Source: Candidatus Falkowbacteria bacterium
GTDB lineage: Bacteria; Patescibacteriota; Patescibacteriia; JAACEG01
Direction: 5' to 3'
Length of the DNA: 60,906 nt
NCBI GenBank assembly: GCA_018651725.1
Contig: JABIDK010000003.1
Location: 1-60,906, forward strand
In this document: positions 34,249 to 44,400 of the stretch, piece by piece
Layout: every line of letters starts with the position of its first letter
How positions within the stretch are numbered: position 1 is the stretch's first letter
Program-made: the position numbers and the translations under genes
The notes under the pieces: model-generated
Seen by the model: the letters and a program-made list of their open reading frames with translations, nothing else
Database searches by the model: none
Told to the model about the DNA's origin: nothing

Positions 34249-34980
34249 CTATCTCGCAATAACCATCCCGTAAACTTTCTTAGCTCCAACGGATTTTAAA
34301 ATTTTAGCACATTCGTTTAAGGTGGACCCGGTTGTGGCTACATCGTCTATTAAAATAACATTTTTATTTTTTAATAACGGCCCTTTGTAAGAAAAAGCGT
34401 CTTTTAAATTTTTAGTTTTTTCTTCTTTTTTTAATTTTGCTTGAGGCAAAGTATTTTTAATTCTTTTTAAAAAATCTTTATACTCAGCCTGCTTTTCTGT
34501 AACTATTTTATTTTTAACTAATTCTTCAAGTAATAACTCAGCTTGATTAAAGCCACGTGTTCTTAGCTTTATGTTATGAAGAGGAACATAAAAAAATAAA
34601 GTTTTTTCATCTATTATCTTAGATAAATTTCCAATAGCTTGTCCTTTTTCTATATTTTTTAAAATATGCTCTAATAGTCTGAAAAGAGGATATTTTAAAT
34701 CTGTGATATAACTATATTTATAAGAATGAATAACTTTCTTTAACTTTAAATTTTTATAAGAACTGTAGCTAAACACTCCGTCTAATTTATTCTGTTCAAT
34801 GGCTACACATTTTTTACAAGTTTTACTTAAAAAAGAAAAAGATTTACAAAAAGGGCATTTATTCAAAGGCAAAAATTCAATATCTTTATAACACTCTTTA
34901 CATAACCATTTGTCAGATTTTTTGCAAATAACACACTCTACCGGAAACAACCACTCTGCGATAATACTAATTACTCCCAT
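34249..34980 (-). CDS. comFC: ComF family protein (ComFC-like phosphoribosyltransferase-fold competence protein)
   Basis: N-terminal paired CxxC zinc-finger (CVICKK..CKEC, CPFC..CKKC) and C-terminal PRT motif VILIDDVATTGSTL. Confidence 0.8.
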   Translation of the reverse strand: MGVISIIAEWLFPVECVICKKSDKWLCKECYKDIEFLPLNKCPFCKSFSFLSKTCKKCVAIEQNKLDGVFSYSSYKNLKLKKVIHSYKYSYITDLKYPLFRLLEHILKNIEKGQAIGNLSKIIDEKTLFFYVPLHNIKLRTRGFNQAELLLEELVKNKIVTEKQAEYKDFLKRIKNTLPQAKLKKEEKTKNLKDAFSYKGPLLKNKNVILIDDVATTGSTLNECAKILKSVGAKKVYGMVIAR

Positions 34981-35594
34981 ATCGCCTCATCTATCAACCA
35001 TTTATCGCCTGATTTTATCAACTTTATTTTTAAATTTTGATATTTTATTTTAGTGGTTGGCTTTTGATCGCCTTTTGTTTCCTCTTTTTGACAAGAAACA
35101 ATTGCCTGAATTATACTGCTATCATCTTCTAAGTCTAATATTTTAACAGATATAGCCCTTGTAGTAACCCCATAATATTCTACATCTTTTTTTAATAACG
35201 AATTTTTCATTAAGCCATCAATTTCATTCTGCATCCTATTGGTCGTTAAATATCTAACCTCTGTTAAGTTGGAAAAATTATAAGTATCTGTTGAGTAACT
35301 TCCAAGTCTTTCGGCGAATAAAACAATAATACTTTTAAGCTGCATTTCTTGAGGGGAAACAATCTCTGTATTTTTATTAATATCGGTATTATCATTAATC
35401 AAACTGTTTATTTTTTCTTCTTCAGGAAAACCTTGATTGTTGTTATTTCTAGAGTTCGTATTAATATTCTCACTTGAATCTTCATTATAGCTAGAAATAG
35501 TTTTATAATAGCCCCACAAAAAAATAAACATCAAAAAAACCAATATGATTAAACCAAAGGCTAATTTTATAAGTAATTTTTTTGATAAAAACAT
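34971..35594 (-). CDS. hypothetical membrane-anchored protein
   Basis: Complete ATG ORF with an N-terminal TM helix and an Asn-rich linker. Overlaps comFC by 10 nt, so probably in the same operon as the T4SS-like genes. Confidence 0.5.
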   Translation of the reverse strand: MFLSKKLLIKLAFGLIILVFLMFIFLWGYYKTISSYNEDSSENINTNSRNNNNQGFPEEEKINSLINDNTDINKNTEIVSPQEMQLKSIIVLFAERLGSYSTDTYNFSNLTEVRYLTTNRMQNEIDGLMKNSLLKKDVEYYGVTTRAISVKILDLEDDSSIIQAIVSCQKEETKGDQKPTTKIKYQNLKIKLIKSGDKWLIDEAIWE

Positions 35595-35636
35595 TTTCTT
35601 AGCTTTACTAGCTTCATTATCTTGTAAAACACAAAA

Positions 35637-37556
35637 CTATAATGACTCATCAACACCTAAGTCTTCTTTGCTTTTTTCCTTAAACTCTTTTTTCGCCTCT
35701 TCTATTTCAAGTAGCTGTCTTGGGTCGGATGTTATCAGTTGATCTTCGGAGTAAGAAGCTACTATTTTAATAGCTGCGTGCTTGTTACCGGCAAAAAATA
35801 TTCCTTCTCCTACCCCACTTTCCAAAAGTAAATATCTTTCTCCTTCTGTTAACATAAAAGTTTTCTGAATAACATCAATTGAAGAAGTTGATTGTTTTAA
35901 AAGCAGTTGAAGCGCGCTATTACTTACAATAGCTTGGCCGTAAGGAGAAATTAAAAAGTCATTAACGTCCTGTGTGATTGTTGTAATTCCTAAATAATAT
36001 TTTCGACAACGTTTTACCAGGGCAAAAATAAATTTAGCTGAATCTTCTCTTTGCATTAACCACCAAGCCTCGTCAATAACAAGCATTCTTCTTTTCATTT
36101 CTGACCTAACTACGTTCCAAATATAATTAATAATCATATAAATCGCAACTGGTTTAAGTTCGTCTTCCAAATCTCTAACAGAAAAAATCACCAACTGATT
36201 TTCCATATTAACATTAGTATAGTTATTAAGCAAACCTGAAAAAGTACCTTCAGTATATTTTTTAACTCTAAGTACTAAGTCGTCGGTACCCTCCATCCCT
36301 TCTAGAACTTCTTGAAAATCTTGCATCAGCGGTATTTCTGCTTCTCTTAAATCACTTTCCGGGGTAATATCTTTTTTGGCGTAAGTTTCAATAAGAGCTC
36401 TATCAATTAACGAATCTTCTTGATGGGTTAAATCACCAAGCATAAGACGCATCATACCCTTTAAAGTAATAACAGCACTTCTTATAATATCACCTGTTTT
36501 GGTTTCCTCAGAAACAGACCGGGGTAAATCAAAAGGATTAATTTTAATCTGAGAGTTAAGGGAAATATTAATATATGTTCCTCCAACAGCTTCAGACAAA
36601 TGTTCATACTCTCTTTCCGGATCAATAATCATAACATCAGTACCAAACATCATGCTTCGCAAAACCTCCAGCTTAACAGCATAACTTTTACCGGCCCCAG
36701 AGGTAGCAAACACGGCCATATTAGCATTTTGCAAAGTAAACCTATCAAACAAAATCAAACTATTATTATGTCGATTAACACCATATAAAATTCCACTGTC
36801 AGAGGTAAGCTCTGAAGACATAAAAGGAAAAGAAGATGCCGCAGGGGAAGAGTTCATGTTAAACGGAATTTGTAACTGATCTTCTCCCAAAGGAACAGAA
36901 GAGTTAAACCCCTGTTCAGCCTGATATAAAACTCTTTTACTTAAAACCAATTTAGCCCCGAATATTCCCTCTATTTCCTCTGTTAGTTCTTCTAGTTTTT
37001 TTGGCGAAGAAGCATAAATTGTCACATAAAGTGAAAATTGAAAAAAATGTTCTATCCCCTGGGTCAAATCATCTCTTAATTTTTCTATGTCTCGAAGCGC
37101 AGTTTCTCTTAATGGATCACGCGGAGCTCCTTTTTCAGCATCCTCTACCAGCTGAGCCTCCAAGTTACCGGATTTATCACGAAGCTGTTTCAAAACAATA
37201 CCGGAATCAACTGGAACAAAAAACATACTAATATCAAGAGTCGCGCTAAAATTGATAATAGGCGAAAACCACCCAACAGAAATATAACGAGGGTAATCTA
37301 CGACAAACAAAGTCCGGGTATAAGTATCGCCCAATCGCAAATAAGCCGGCTTTACTTCAAGCGCTGATGGAGCAATAATATCTTTTACAGTGACAATCCC
37401 TTTGCGATAAGCTTTTTCTTCTTCAAGTAAAATTTTCTCTTGTTTAGTTTTTTCTGTTTCTACTTTTTCTTTTTCAATAAACCCAAGTCGCTCTTTTTCG
37501 GCCTTGGCTTTAGCTAATTCCTTCTCTTGTTGTTTAATGTCGCTAGGTTTAAACAT
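35637..37556 (-). CDS. virB4: VirB4/TraC/TrbE-family type IV secretion ATPase
   Basis: Walker A FATSGAGKSYA, Walker B MLVIDEAWWL, and a VirB4-type N-domain (..LRLGDTYTRTLFVVDYPRYISVGWFSPII..). Confidence 0.85.
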   Translation of the reverse strand: MFKPSDIKQQEKELAKAKAEKERLGFIEKEKVETEKTKQEKILLEEEKAYRKGIVTVKDIIAPSALEVKPAYLRLGDTYTRTLFVVDYPRYISVGWFSPIINFSATLDISMFFVPVDSGIVLKQLRDKSGNLEAQLVEDAEKGAPRDPLRETALRDIEKLRDDLTQGIEHFFQFSLYVTIYASSPKKLEELTEEIEGIFGAKLVLSKRVLYQAEQGFNSSVPLGEDQLQIPFNMNSSPAASSFPFMSSELTSDSGILYGVNRHNNSLILFDRFTLQNANMAVFATSGAGKSYAVKLEVLRSMMFGTDVMIIDPEREYEHLSEAVGGTYINISLNSQIKINPFDLPRSVSEETKTGDIIRSAVITLKGMMRLMLGDLTHQEDSLIDRALIETYAKKDITPESDLREAEIPLMQDFQEVLEGMEGTDDLVLRVKKYTEGTFSGLLNNYTNVNMENQLVIFSVRDLEDELKPVAIYMIINYIWNVVRSEMKRRMLVIDEAWWLMQREDSAKFIFALVKRCRKYYLGITTITQDVNDFLISPYGQAIVSNSALQLLLKQSTSSIDVIQKTFMLTEGERYLLLESGVGEGIFFAGNKHAAIKIVASYSEDQLITSDPRQLLEIEEAKKEFKEKSKEDLGVDESL

Positions 37557-37561
37557 AAAAT

Positions 37562-38227
37562 TTAGTTCTCTATTTGCATTTTTTCTAAATCGGGTAATGG
37601 TTGAGATTTAAAAATAGATGGGTTATAAGAATTATAATAAAGTTCTATTAAACTTTGAGTGTCCAGAAGAACTGTATTTAAACTCATGCTATTCAACCCT
37701 GAAGAAACATTATCCACTCTTCGCATCAACTCTTTATGCCTTCTTAAAAAAACCTCCCTTTTCAATCTAACAATCTTGGCTGGTGAGAAAACTTCTCCGA
37801 GCTTTGTTAAAAGACTTTTTCGATGGTCAACGGCTGTGGTATAAGTAATGGCTATGTAAAATTTCTTGGTCATAATTTGTCCGATTTTAACCAGCTCGGA
37901 AATATAATCCCGATACTCCACTATCTGCATTCTAAGTAAATCATTAGTTTGCTCTTTTTCTATATTTAATAATTTTTGTAAATAAGGATCGATATTTAAT
38001 TTTCTAGATTGAATAACAATCTGCAAAGGAAAATCAAAAGAATTTAAAAAATTCACATAAGAACCAATGATAGCGTCTTGTTCTTCAGCAGATTTTAAAG
38101 AAAAATTAATACTGGAAACCATTAAAACAGCGGTTAGAGAACCGTCTTTTAAAATTACACAATCATCTTTAATCTCAGCTATACTCAAATACTCCTGAGT
38201 TGTTTTTCGAATAATTTTTTTAGACAT
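37562..38227 (-). CDS. hypothetical T4SS-associated protein (pattern resembles a stand-alone VirB4 N-terminal domain)
   Basis: The ATG at 38227 is used because the ORF-track start at 38278 is a GTG inside the upstream gene. The sequence IAEIKDDCVILKDGSLTAVLMVSSINFSLKSAEEQDAIIGSYVNFLNSFDFPLQIVIQ resembles the substrate-less N-domain layout of VirB4 proteins. This is an inference only. Confidence 0.45.
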   Translation of the reverse strand: MSKKIIRKTTQEYLSIAEIKDDCVILKDGSLTAVLMVSSINFSLKSAEEQDAIIGSYVNFLNSFDFPLQIVIQSRKLNIDPYLQKLLNIEKEQTNDLLRMQIVEYRDYISELVKIGQIMTKKFYIAITYTTAVDHRKSLLTKLGEVFSPAKIVRLKREVFLRRHKELMRRVDNVSSGLNSMSLNTVLLDTQSLIELYYNSYNPSIFKSQPLPDLEKMQIEN

Positions 38228-38252
38228 AATAATTAAATTATAAATTATAATT

Positions 38253-38684
38253 CTAAACTCCTCCTTGATATCTTCCACCAGTGTCGACTACCAAAGATAG
38301 CTCTGATAAACGAGATTTTTCAAGCAATTTTGGTTTGGAGTAAATAATTTCATCGTCTATATTTTTCTTGGCTTCAATTCTATTTTTTATCTCAGCTACG
38401 CTAAAATCTTTACACCAAACTCTTTTTCTAGGTAAAAAAGTTGTTTGAACAAAATTTAATAAAAAATAGTGGATTGGACGACCATTAACTTTCCCAAAAG
38501 AAAACATACCGGCGATTCCAAAGTTAACCGTTGTTAAGAATAAAAATAAAGTAAAATCAGCAAATTTATAAAATAAAATAGACAAGAGAAGAGCTCCCAT
38601 AAGTAAAACAAACTGCCGAACCGTAATCGGTCCTAAAATTTTACTCTCAACACTAATGAATTGTGGAACGACAAATTGTTTCAT
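38253..38684 (-). CDS. PrgI/TcpE-like (VirB3-analogue) small membrane protein
   Basis: FVVPQFISVESKILGPITVRQFVLLMGALLLSILFY, followed by a second TM helix. This layout is typical of the PrgI family found next to VirB4 in Gram-positive-type T4SS. Confidence 0.65.
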   Translation of the reverse strand: MKQFVVPQFISVESKILGPITVRQFVLLMGALLLSILFYKFADFTLFLFLTTVNFGIAGMFSFGKVNGRPIHYFLLNFVQTTFLPRKRVWCKDFSVAEIKNRIEAKKNIDDEIIYSKPKLLEKSRLSELSLVVDTGGRYQGGV

Positions 38685-38685
38685 T

Positions 38686-40356
38686 TTAAAATCTCAGATT
38701 TTGATTTAATTTTGCTATGGCTTCAAATTCTTTTTCAGTTAGAGTAATTTTTCTCTCTTCTTCTAAATTTTTAATAATCTGCGAAACTGGAAGATGTTTT
38801 ATCATGGCGCTATTTAATATATTCAGATAAAGTTTACTAATTTCACTTTTCTTCCAAGCTTTTATGCCAAGGGATCCTTTTTCAAGAGATTCTTCAGCTA
38901 AAACATTTATTTTTATTTTAATGTTCTCAGCAGACTTCAAGGGATCATCAGACCAATCTCTAAAATCATCTATCGTTAAAGCCTCAATTTCCTCTATTGG
39001 CCCAACTAGTCTTGGTTCTTCCTTAATTTTTACTTTTTTAATATCTTCTATTTTTGGTTTTCCTAATTTAGGAGTCTGCTCCTTTTTTTTATTTGAAAAT
39101 AGCTTTTTTAAAATTCCCGGCTTAGTTGGAATAGATTCGTTAATTTCTCTAGCTTCATTTCTAGCTTCATTAATTTTGTTAACTTTAACTTCTCTTTTAA
39201 TTGGCTTCATTATTTGATTTCCGGTATCCTTTCCAAATAAACCTATGTTTTTGTGTTTTTGTGTTTTTGTGTTTTCGTGATTCTCTCCTTTTTCCGGTAA
39301 TCCAAATGCTGAGGAAACTTTATCCATATCAGCTTTGTTAGTTTTACTAGCTTCGTTTTCAATAGGCTTTATTCTTTGCTCTCTCGTCTCGGGAAGATCC
39401 ACTTTTGGTGGGCTTATTTCCCTGCCTGAGACTGGTTCGTCTTTGATAGGCTTATTTTTATGATCAGCTCTAACTGCTTCAATTATTTTTTCCGCTAAAT
39501 CACCCTTAAATCCCATCCCTCCTTCTTCAACTCTTTTTTCTAGAACATCTTTCAGGTCAATAAAATTTCTTACTCCTTTTAAAACGCTAATTAAAATATT
39601 TTTAAATCTGTTTTTTAATAGATCGCTTGATAAATCAATATTAAGTTCAAGCATAATATTTTCTGCCTTTTTTTCCCAATCAATCATTTCACCTGCTGAA
39701 AATTTTAATTCTTTTGTTTTATTTTCAAAAGTTTTTAACTCTTCCTCATCACTTTTATTAAAAATAAGCTCGCTATCATCAGGCGAATTGTCAGATGGTT
39801 TAATAAAAGAAGTTTCAGAAATTTTATCTTTGCTTTTTATAATAGGTTTTTTTACAATCGTTGATTGTTGAGTCTCTTCCTTTTTAACAACAGGCAAATT
39901 GCTGGGGATAGTTTGCGGTAAATTTTCAGAAACTACTTGCTCACCATTGTTCATAGTATCATTTTTTACTGGTTTTGTAAAATTTTGCTTTGGCTGAGCT
40001 TCTTGATTAGTATTAACTTTAAAGTTAGGAGCAACTATTTTAGGTGCTTTTGGTACTTTAGGTATTTTAGGTGCTTGTTCTTTTCCAATATTTAAAAATT
40101 CCTGAAAAACGCCTACATTTAATTCAGAACCAATTTGACTGGCAATTGATTTTTCAATACTTAATTTTTGTTCCAAAAAAGAATCAAGATTATCAATCTT
40201 ACTATCATCAATCGCGACTTCCATTAAAATCAAAGCCAACTTAACCCCATACTTTTTCTCAACCCTTTCCACAGTCGAAAGTACAACCGGTGAAGATAAA
40301 AACCGCTTCTTCGAAGCCGACAAAAGTTCAAATTGTTTTAAAGTATTTTTTAACAT
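38686..40356 (-). CDS. hypothetical Lys/Glu/Pro-rich protein of the T4SS-like cluster
   Basis: The first ATG is at 40356 (the ORF-track start at 40404 is TTG). Low-complexity PK repeats (PKIPKVPKAPKIVAP), no TM helix, no motif. Confidence 0.5.
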   Translation of the reverse strand: MLKNTLKQFELLSASKKRFLSSPVVLSTVERVEKKYGVKLALILMEVAIDDSKIDNLDSFLEQKLSIEKSIASQIGSELNVGVFQEFLNIGKEQAPKIPKVPKAPKIVAPNFKVNTNQEAQPKQNFTKPVKNDTMNNGEQVVSENLPQTIPSNLPVVKKEETQQSTIVKKPIIKSKDKISETSFIKPSDNSPDDSELIFNKSDEEELKTFENKTKELKFSAGEMIDWEKKAENIMLELNIDLSSDLLKNRFKNILISVLKGVRNFIDLKDVLEKRVEEGGMGFKGDLAEKIIEAVRADHKNKPIKDEPVSGREISPPKVDLPETREQRIKPIENEASKTNKADMDKVSSAFGLPEKGENHENTKTQKHKNIGLFGKDTGNQIMKPIKREVKVNKINEARNEAREINESIPTKPGILKKLFSNKKKEQTPKLGKPKIEDIKKVKIKEEPRLVGPIEEIEALTIDDFRDWSDDPLKSAENIKIKINVLAEESLEKGSLGIKAWKKSEISKLYLNILNSAMIKHLPVSQIIKNLEEERKITLTEKEFEAIAKLNQNLRF

Positions 40357-40440
40357 AAATTTAGAATGTAGAATATAAAATAAGATATTAAATTCTATAT
40401 TCAATGATATTATACCATTTTTTTAAATATTCTAAAAATC

Positions 40441-41454
40441 CTACAGTTTTTCAACCTCCTCTTCCACTGCTCTTCTTTCTAAGCTTCCAATTTTATACTG
40501 TTTCATCATTTCTTGCAGTTCTTTTTTTCTTATTTGGATATTCTCATCTTGAACATTACCCAAAATCTCCTCTTCAATGGCTTTTTTCTCCAACTCATCG
40601 CTAAACTCCGTCTTCAATTTTTCGACTTTTTCTTGTTTGTATTGTTGCCTTTCTTGAGGGGTGATTTTTGTTGTTTTATCTTCTGCTAGTCTTGCTTTTT
40701 TCATTTTCTCTTCTTTTTTTATTGGAATAATTTCCCAATTTTCAACCGGTACGTCGTTCATATTAATTGGAAAAAATTTTAAATTACTATAAATAGATAA
40801 TAATTGTTTCAATTTTTCTTTTTCTGCTTCTGAAATTTTTCCAGCATTATCAGAATGTGTTAAATATTTAGAAATAGTTAAACTATCAGCCTTAGAAGAA
40901 CCCATTTCTTTAATAAAATTACCTAACCAGTTACCAATGGCTGGTGCTTCTGTTTTGTTATTAATTGTAATCTTTTGAGAAGTTATTTTTTCCTCATTGT
41001 CCAATAAATCTCTTAGTAAATTATCTTGAAAATTATCAGAACCCCATAATAAAGAAATAATTTTTGCGTTTAATCTTTTTAGTTGCTTATCAGTATACAA
41101 ATCAATAATTTCAAATAAATTTTCTTTAAACACTAATCTTATTTTTTTTATTTCTTTATCTTTATCAAGATCGTTTTCATATAAATAATCTAAAATCGGT
41201 TCAAAAATATATTTTTCTAAATCATTTTTGATATTCAACGCTTCCTGGTTATTTTTATTATATTTATCTACAAAGTAATCTTGCAAATCATCCAATAATA
41301 AATCTTTAACAACTATCATGAAAATAATTGATAAAAAATCAAGATCATACTTTTCTTCAAGCTTTTTAATTTCTTCTTTAGTCTCATTATTATCTATAAC
41401 GCTTTTTATCTCCCATGGCAATTTTTTAAATTGTTGATAGTAATATTGATTCAT
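40441..41454 (-). CDS. hypothetical acidic protein of the T4SS-like cluster
   Basis: Complete ATG ORF. Helical and acidic, with a coiled-coil C-terminus. Confidence 0.5.
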   Translation of the reverse strand: MNQYYYQQFKKLPWEIKSVIDNNETKEEIKKLEEKYDLDFLSIIFMIVVKDLLLDDLQDYFVDKYNKNNQEALNIKNDLEKYIFEPILDYLYENDLDKDKEIKKIRLVFKENLFEIIDLYTDKQLKRLNAKIISLLWGSDNFQDNLLRDLLDNEEKITSQKITINNKTEAPAIGNWLGNFIKEMGSSKADSLTISKYLTHSDNAGKISEAEKEKLKQLLSIYSNLKFFPINMNDVPVENWEIIPIKKEEKMKKARLAEDKTTKITPQERQQYKQEKVEKLKTEFSDELEKKAIEEEILGNVQDENIQIRKKELQEMMKQYKIGSLERRAVEEEVEKL

Positions 41455-41468
41455 ATAAAATTATAAAT

Positions 41469-44400
41469 TTATTTTTCTAAATCATTATCATTACTTTCTG
41501 AATTCTTATCTTCAACTGACTTATCTTTAATGACTTCTTTAACTATTTTTTCTATCTCTGTTTTTGTTTCTATGTTTATAGTGTTTCCTTCTTTTTCTTT
41601 TTCTTTTTGCGGTTGTTTTTCTTGTGTGGTGTTGGTTTCTTCGTGAGGTTTTTTTACAGCCCTATCTAAATCTGTTTTCTTTTGCGCATCTTGTAGCCTT
41701 TTAGCGGCTCCTTCTTCTTTTAATTGTTTTGCATAATCAAAATTTTTGCCAGATTTTCCAACCTTACCCACACTATCACTTATTTGCTTTCCTGTTTTTT
41801 CAAAACTTTCTCCTATTTTTTCTACTACTCTTTCTAAACTACTAGTATCAAGCTCTTGAGTGCCAGTTTGTTTCTCATAGCTATCAGCCCTTGGTTTTTC
41901 GATAATTGTCGCTGGACCCGACCTAGAAATTTGTCCTTTTGTATCTTTAATAGTGAATCCTTTGTCCTTGCCTTCTTTATATTCACGCTCTTCTCTTTTC
42001 TCTTGAATTACTGATGCGCTTTCAGGGGTTATCTCTTTTAAACTTCCCGGACGCAAACCAATGTCTTGCAATTCGTTTTTAGTTTTATCATCTAATTGAT
42101 GCCCGTCTTCTCTTGCCCAAGTTTTCTTGGTATTTGCCATTGAATCGGCAAAATATTCATGCATAACATCAGCTTCTGACATAGAATCTCCATTATGCCA
42201 AGTGCTTCTTATCTCGCTATTAATAGATTTTCTTTTATCTTCATCAATTCCATTCCAGACTCTTCTTAACTCTCCTTGATTAACATTCTCCAGTTGATCA
42301 TGCATGGCTTCATGAGCAATTACAGACCTTCCACTCCGTCCTTTCCTATTTTTATTTATCAACTGCAAACTTCCGGAAGAATCCATTTTTTCCATTATTG
42401 TTTTTAATTCATTTTCATCATATCCTTGACTTTTGAGCAAACCTGATAATTTTTTCGTCATTTCTTTTTTATCTTTTCCTCTCATACTTGCTCCAGCCCC
42501 CTTCAAGTCAATTTGATCGAAATCAACAGCCAGTCGAACATTATCTCCTTCTGCTCCTCGTAATAATTTATTAACTCCTGTAATTTTATTGTCTTTTGAT
42601 GTTTTTCCTTTTGTTCCGGGATCAGTATCGGCCATAAGACGGGTATAAGCGGTAGCGTTATCATCATAAATAGCAGCATTATCAGCTGAAGTCCATAATG
42701 TCTGTCCATTACCGGCCACATTGCCTGATCCTCTCTCTGCTACAGAAAGGTCTGTGATATTATTATTAGGACCTACAACACCATAATGCTCTCGAAGACC
42801 CTCTAATATCGACCCTCTATTTGCCCTCGCAGTTTCACTATTAGTAGATAAAACACCTCTAACCCTTGAATTTACAGTATTATTATTAGGATCTAAATCT
42901 TGCTGGTTAAATACACCGTTACTTGACATTCTGTACCATGCATCAGGGCTCAGATTATTAAGTTGTTGTCTGCTTAAATCATTAAGGTTGTTTAATGCAT
43001 CTTGTCTCATTTGAACTGTTGCTGTTCCTGGTCCCCTGTCTCTCTCTGTTTCAAAAATTTCACTATCCGGCATCATTTCTTGTGCAACTCTTTTTACCAT
43101 ATTTGCCCGCGCTCCAACTGCAGATCCATTTGCTAATCTTGCCATAGTATGAGGGTTCTCAGAGAATCTTGAAGCATACCTTCTTGCCTGTTCTTCTTCT
43201 GCTCTTTCGCTATATCTCAAAGAACCAAGTCCTGCCCTTGCCGTAGCTCCAATTCCTGAAAATCTAATAAACCGATTACTACTACCAGATATACGATCTA
43301 AACTATTTCGTACCCCCTCACTTCTTGCCAAGCTACTAAGAGCTGCATCAGGAATTGCTCTTGCTGCTCTTCCGGCCGTCCTTAACCCTAAATTTGCTGT
43401 CCCTCTAACCATTCTATCTCCTCTACTAGTAATCATATTATATGCCCCACCAGCAACACGTGATGCCATTCCGCCTAGTTGTTGGGCGACGACGAGGGAG
43501 GCCATAAGCATAATAGATCCCAAAAGAAAAGCACCCATAACCGCAGGCGTTCCAATGGCGGCGAGACCAGCTGCAGGGTCTTCAGTAGTAACTCCGTCAA
43601 AAACATTAGTTAAAGTGCTTTTCATTGTAGCGAGTGAAAGCCAGATAAAAAACATCATTACCGGGCCGGTTGTTACCCATTGAGTAAATTTTTGCCACCA
43701 CTGGCTGGCGTACTTATGTCCGGCAGGAGAAGCGGAAAAAAGATATGCAAAAGGAGATAAAATAATTAAAATCCACAAAGCCACAATTCTAATTATTAAA
43801 ACAATGGTAATAGCTGTCACAACAACTAAGGCTATAAGAGCAACAACAAGTGCTAAAATGATAGTACCGGCGATCCCCATTGCATTAATTTCATTACCGT
43901 CACCAGCTGCTTGCATCTTAACAAATGCATCACTAAAGTCACTTCCAAAATTTAAATATTGATTAACACTAAGAATATCTAAAATATTCCCTTCCCCAAT
44001 TGTAGAAATTCCGCTAACAAAAGTAAGCATTACAATCTGTGAAGCATCGATTAGTACTCCAGCGATCATTTTAGAAAAATTTATCAAGATTGCCATTATA
44101 ACTAACTTTGGCAACCATGTCCGATAGCTATAACTTTCTATCCGCAGGATTGAAGCAATAGCAATTATTAAAAGAACAATTACAAAGCCCATATTGCATA
44201 AATCGCGAATAATCTCCCAACCAACTGTGACTGGCTCAGAATTTATAAAGCCATTATAATTAGCCACATCTTTCATTATACTTACAACTACACCTATTAA
44301 TTTTCCAACAATAGCTACAACTGTATAAATAAAAGTTGCTAAAATGTCTAATGCTTGACCCTGAAACCAAGCTTGAGCATTTGCTGAAAAACCAAATAAA

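Noticed and set aside
39243-39278. Short tandem repeat gtttttgt x3-4, considered as a possible CRISPR or microsatellite signal
   Set aside because: It lies inside the ~556-aa coding frame (encoding ..HENTKTQKHKNIG..) and has only 8-nt units with no spacers. No repeat-spacer architecture exists anywhere in the window.
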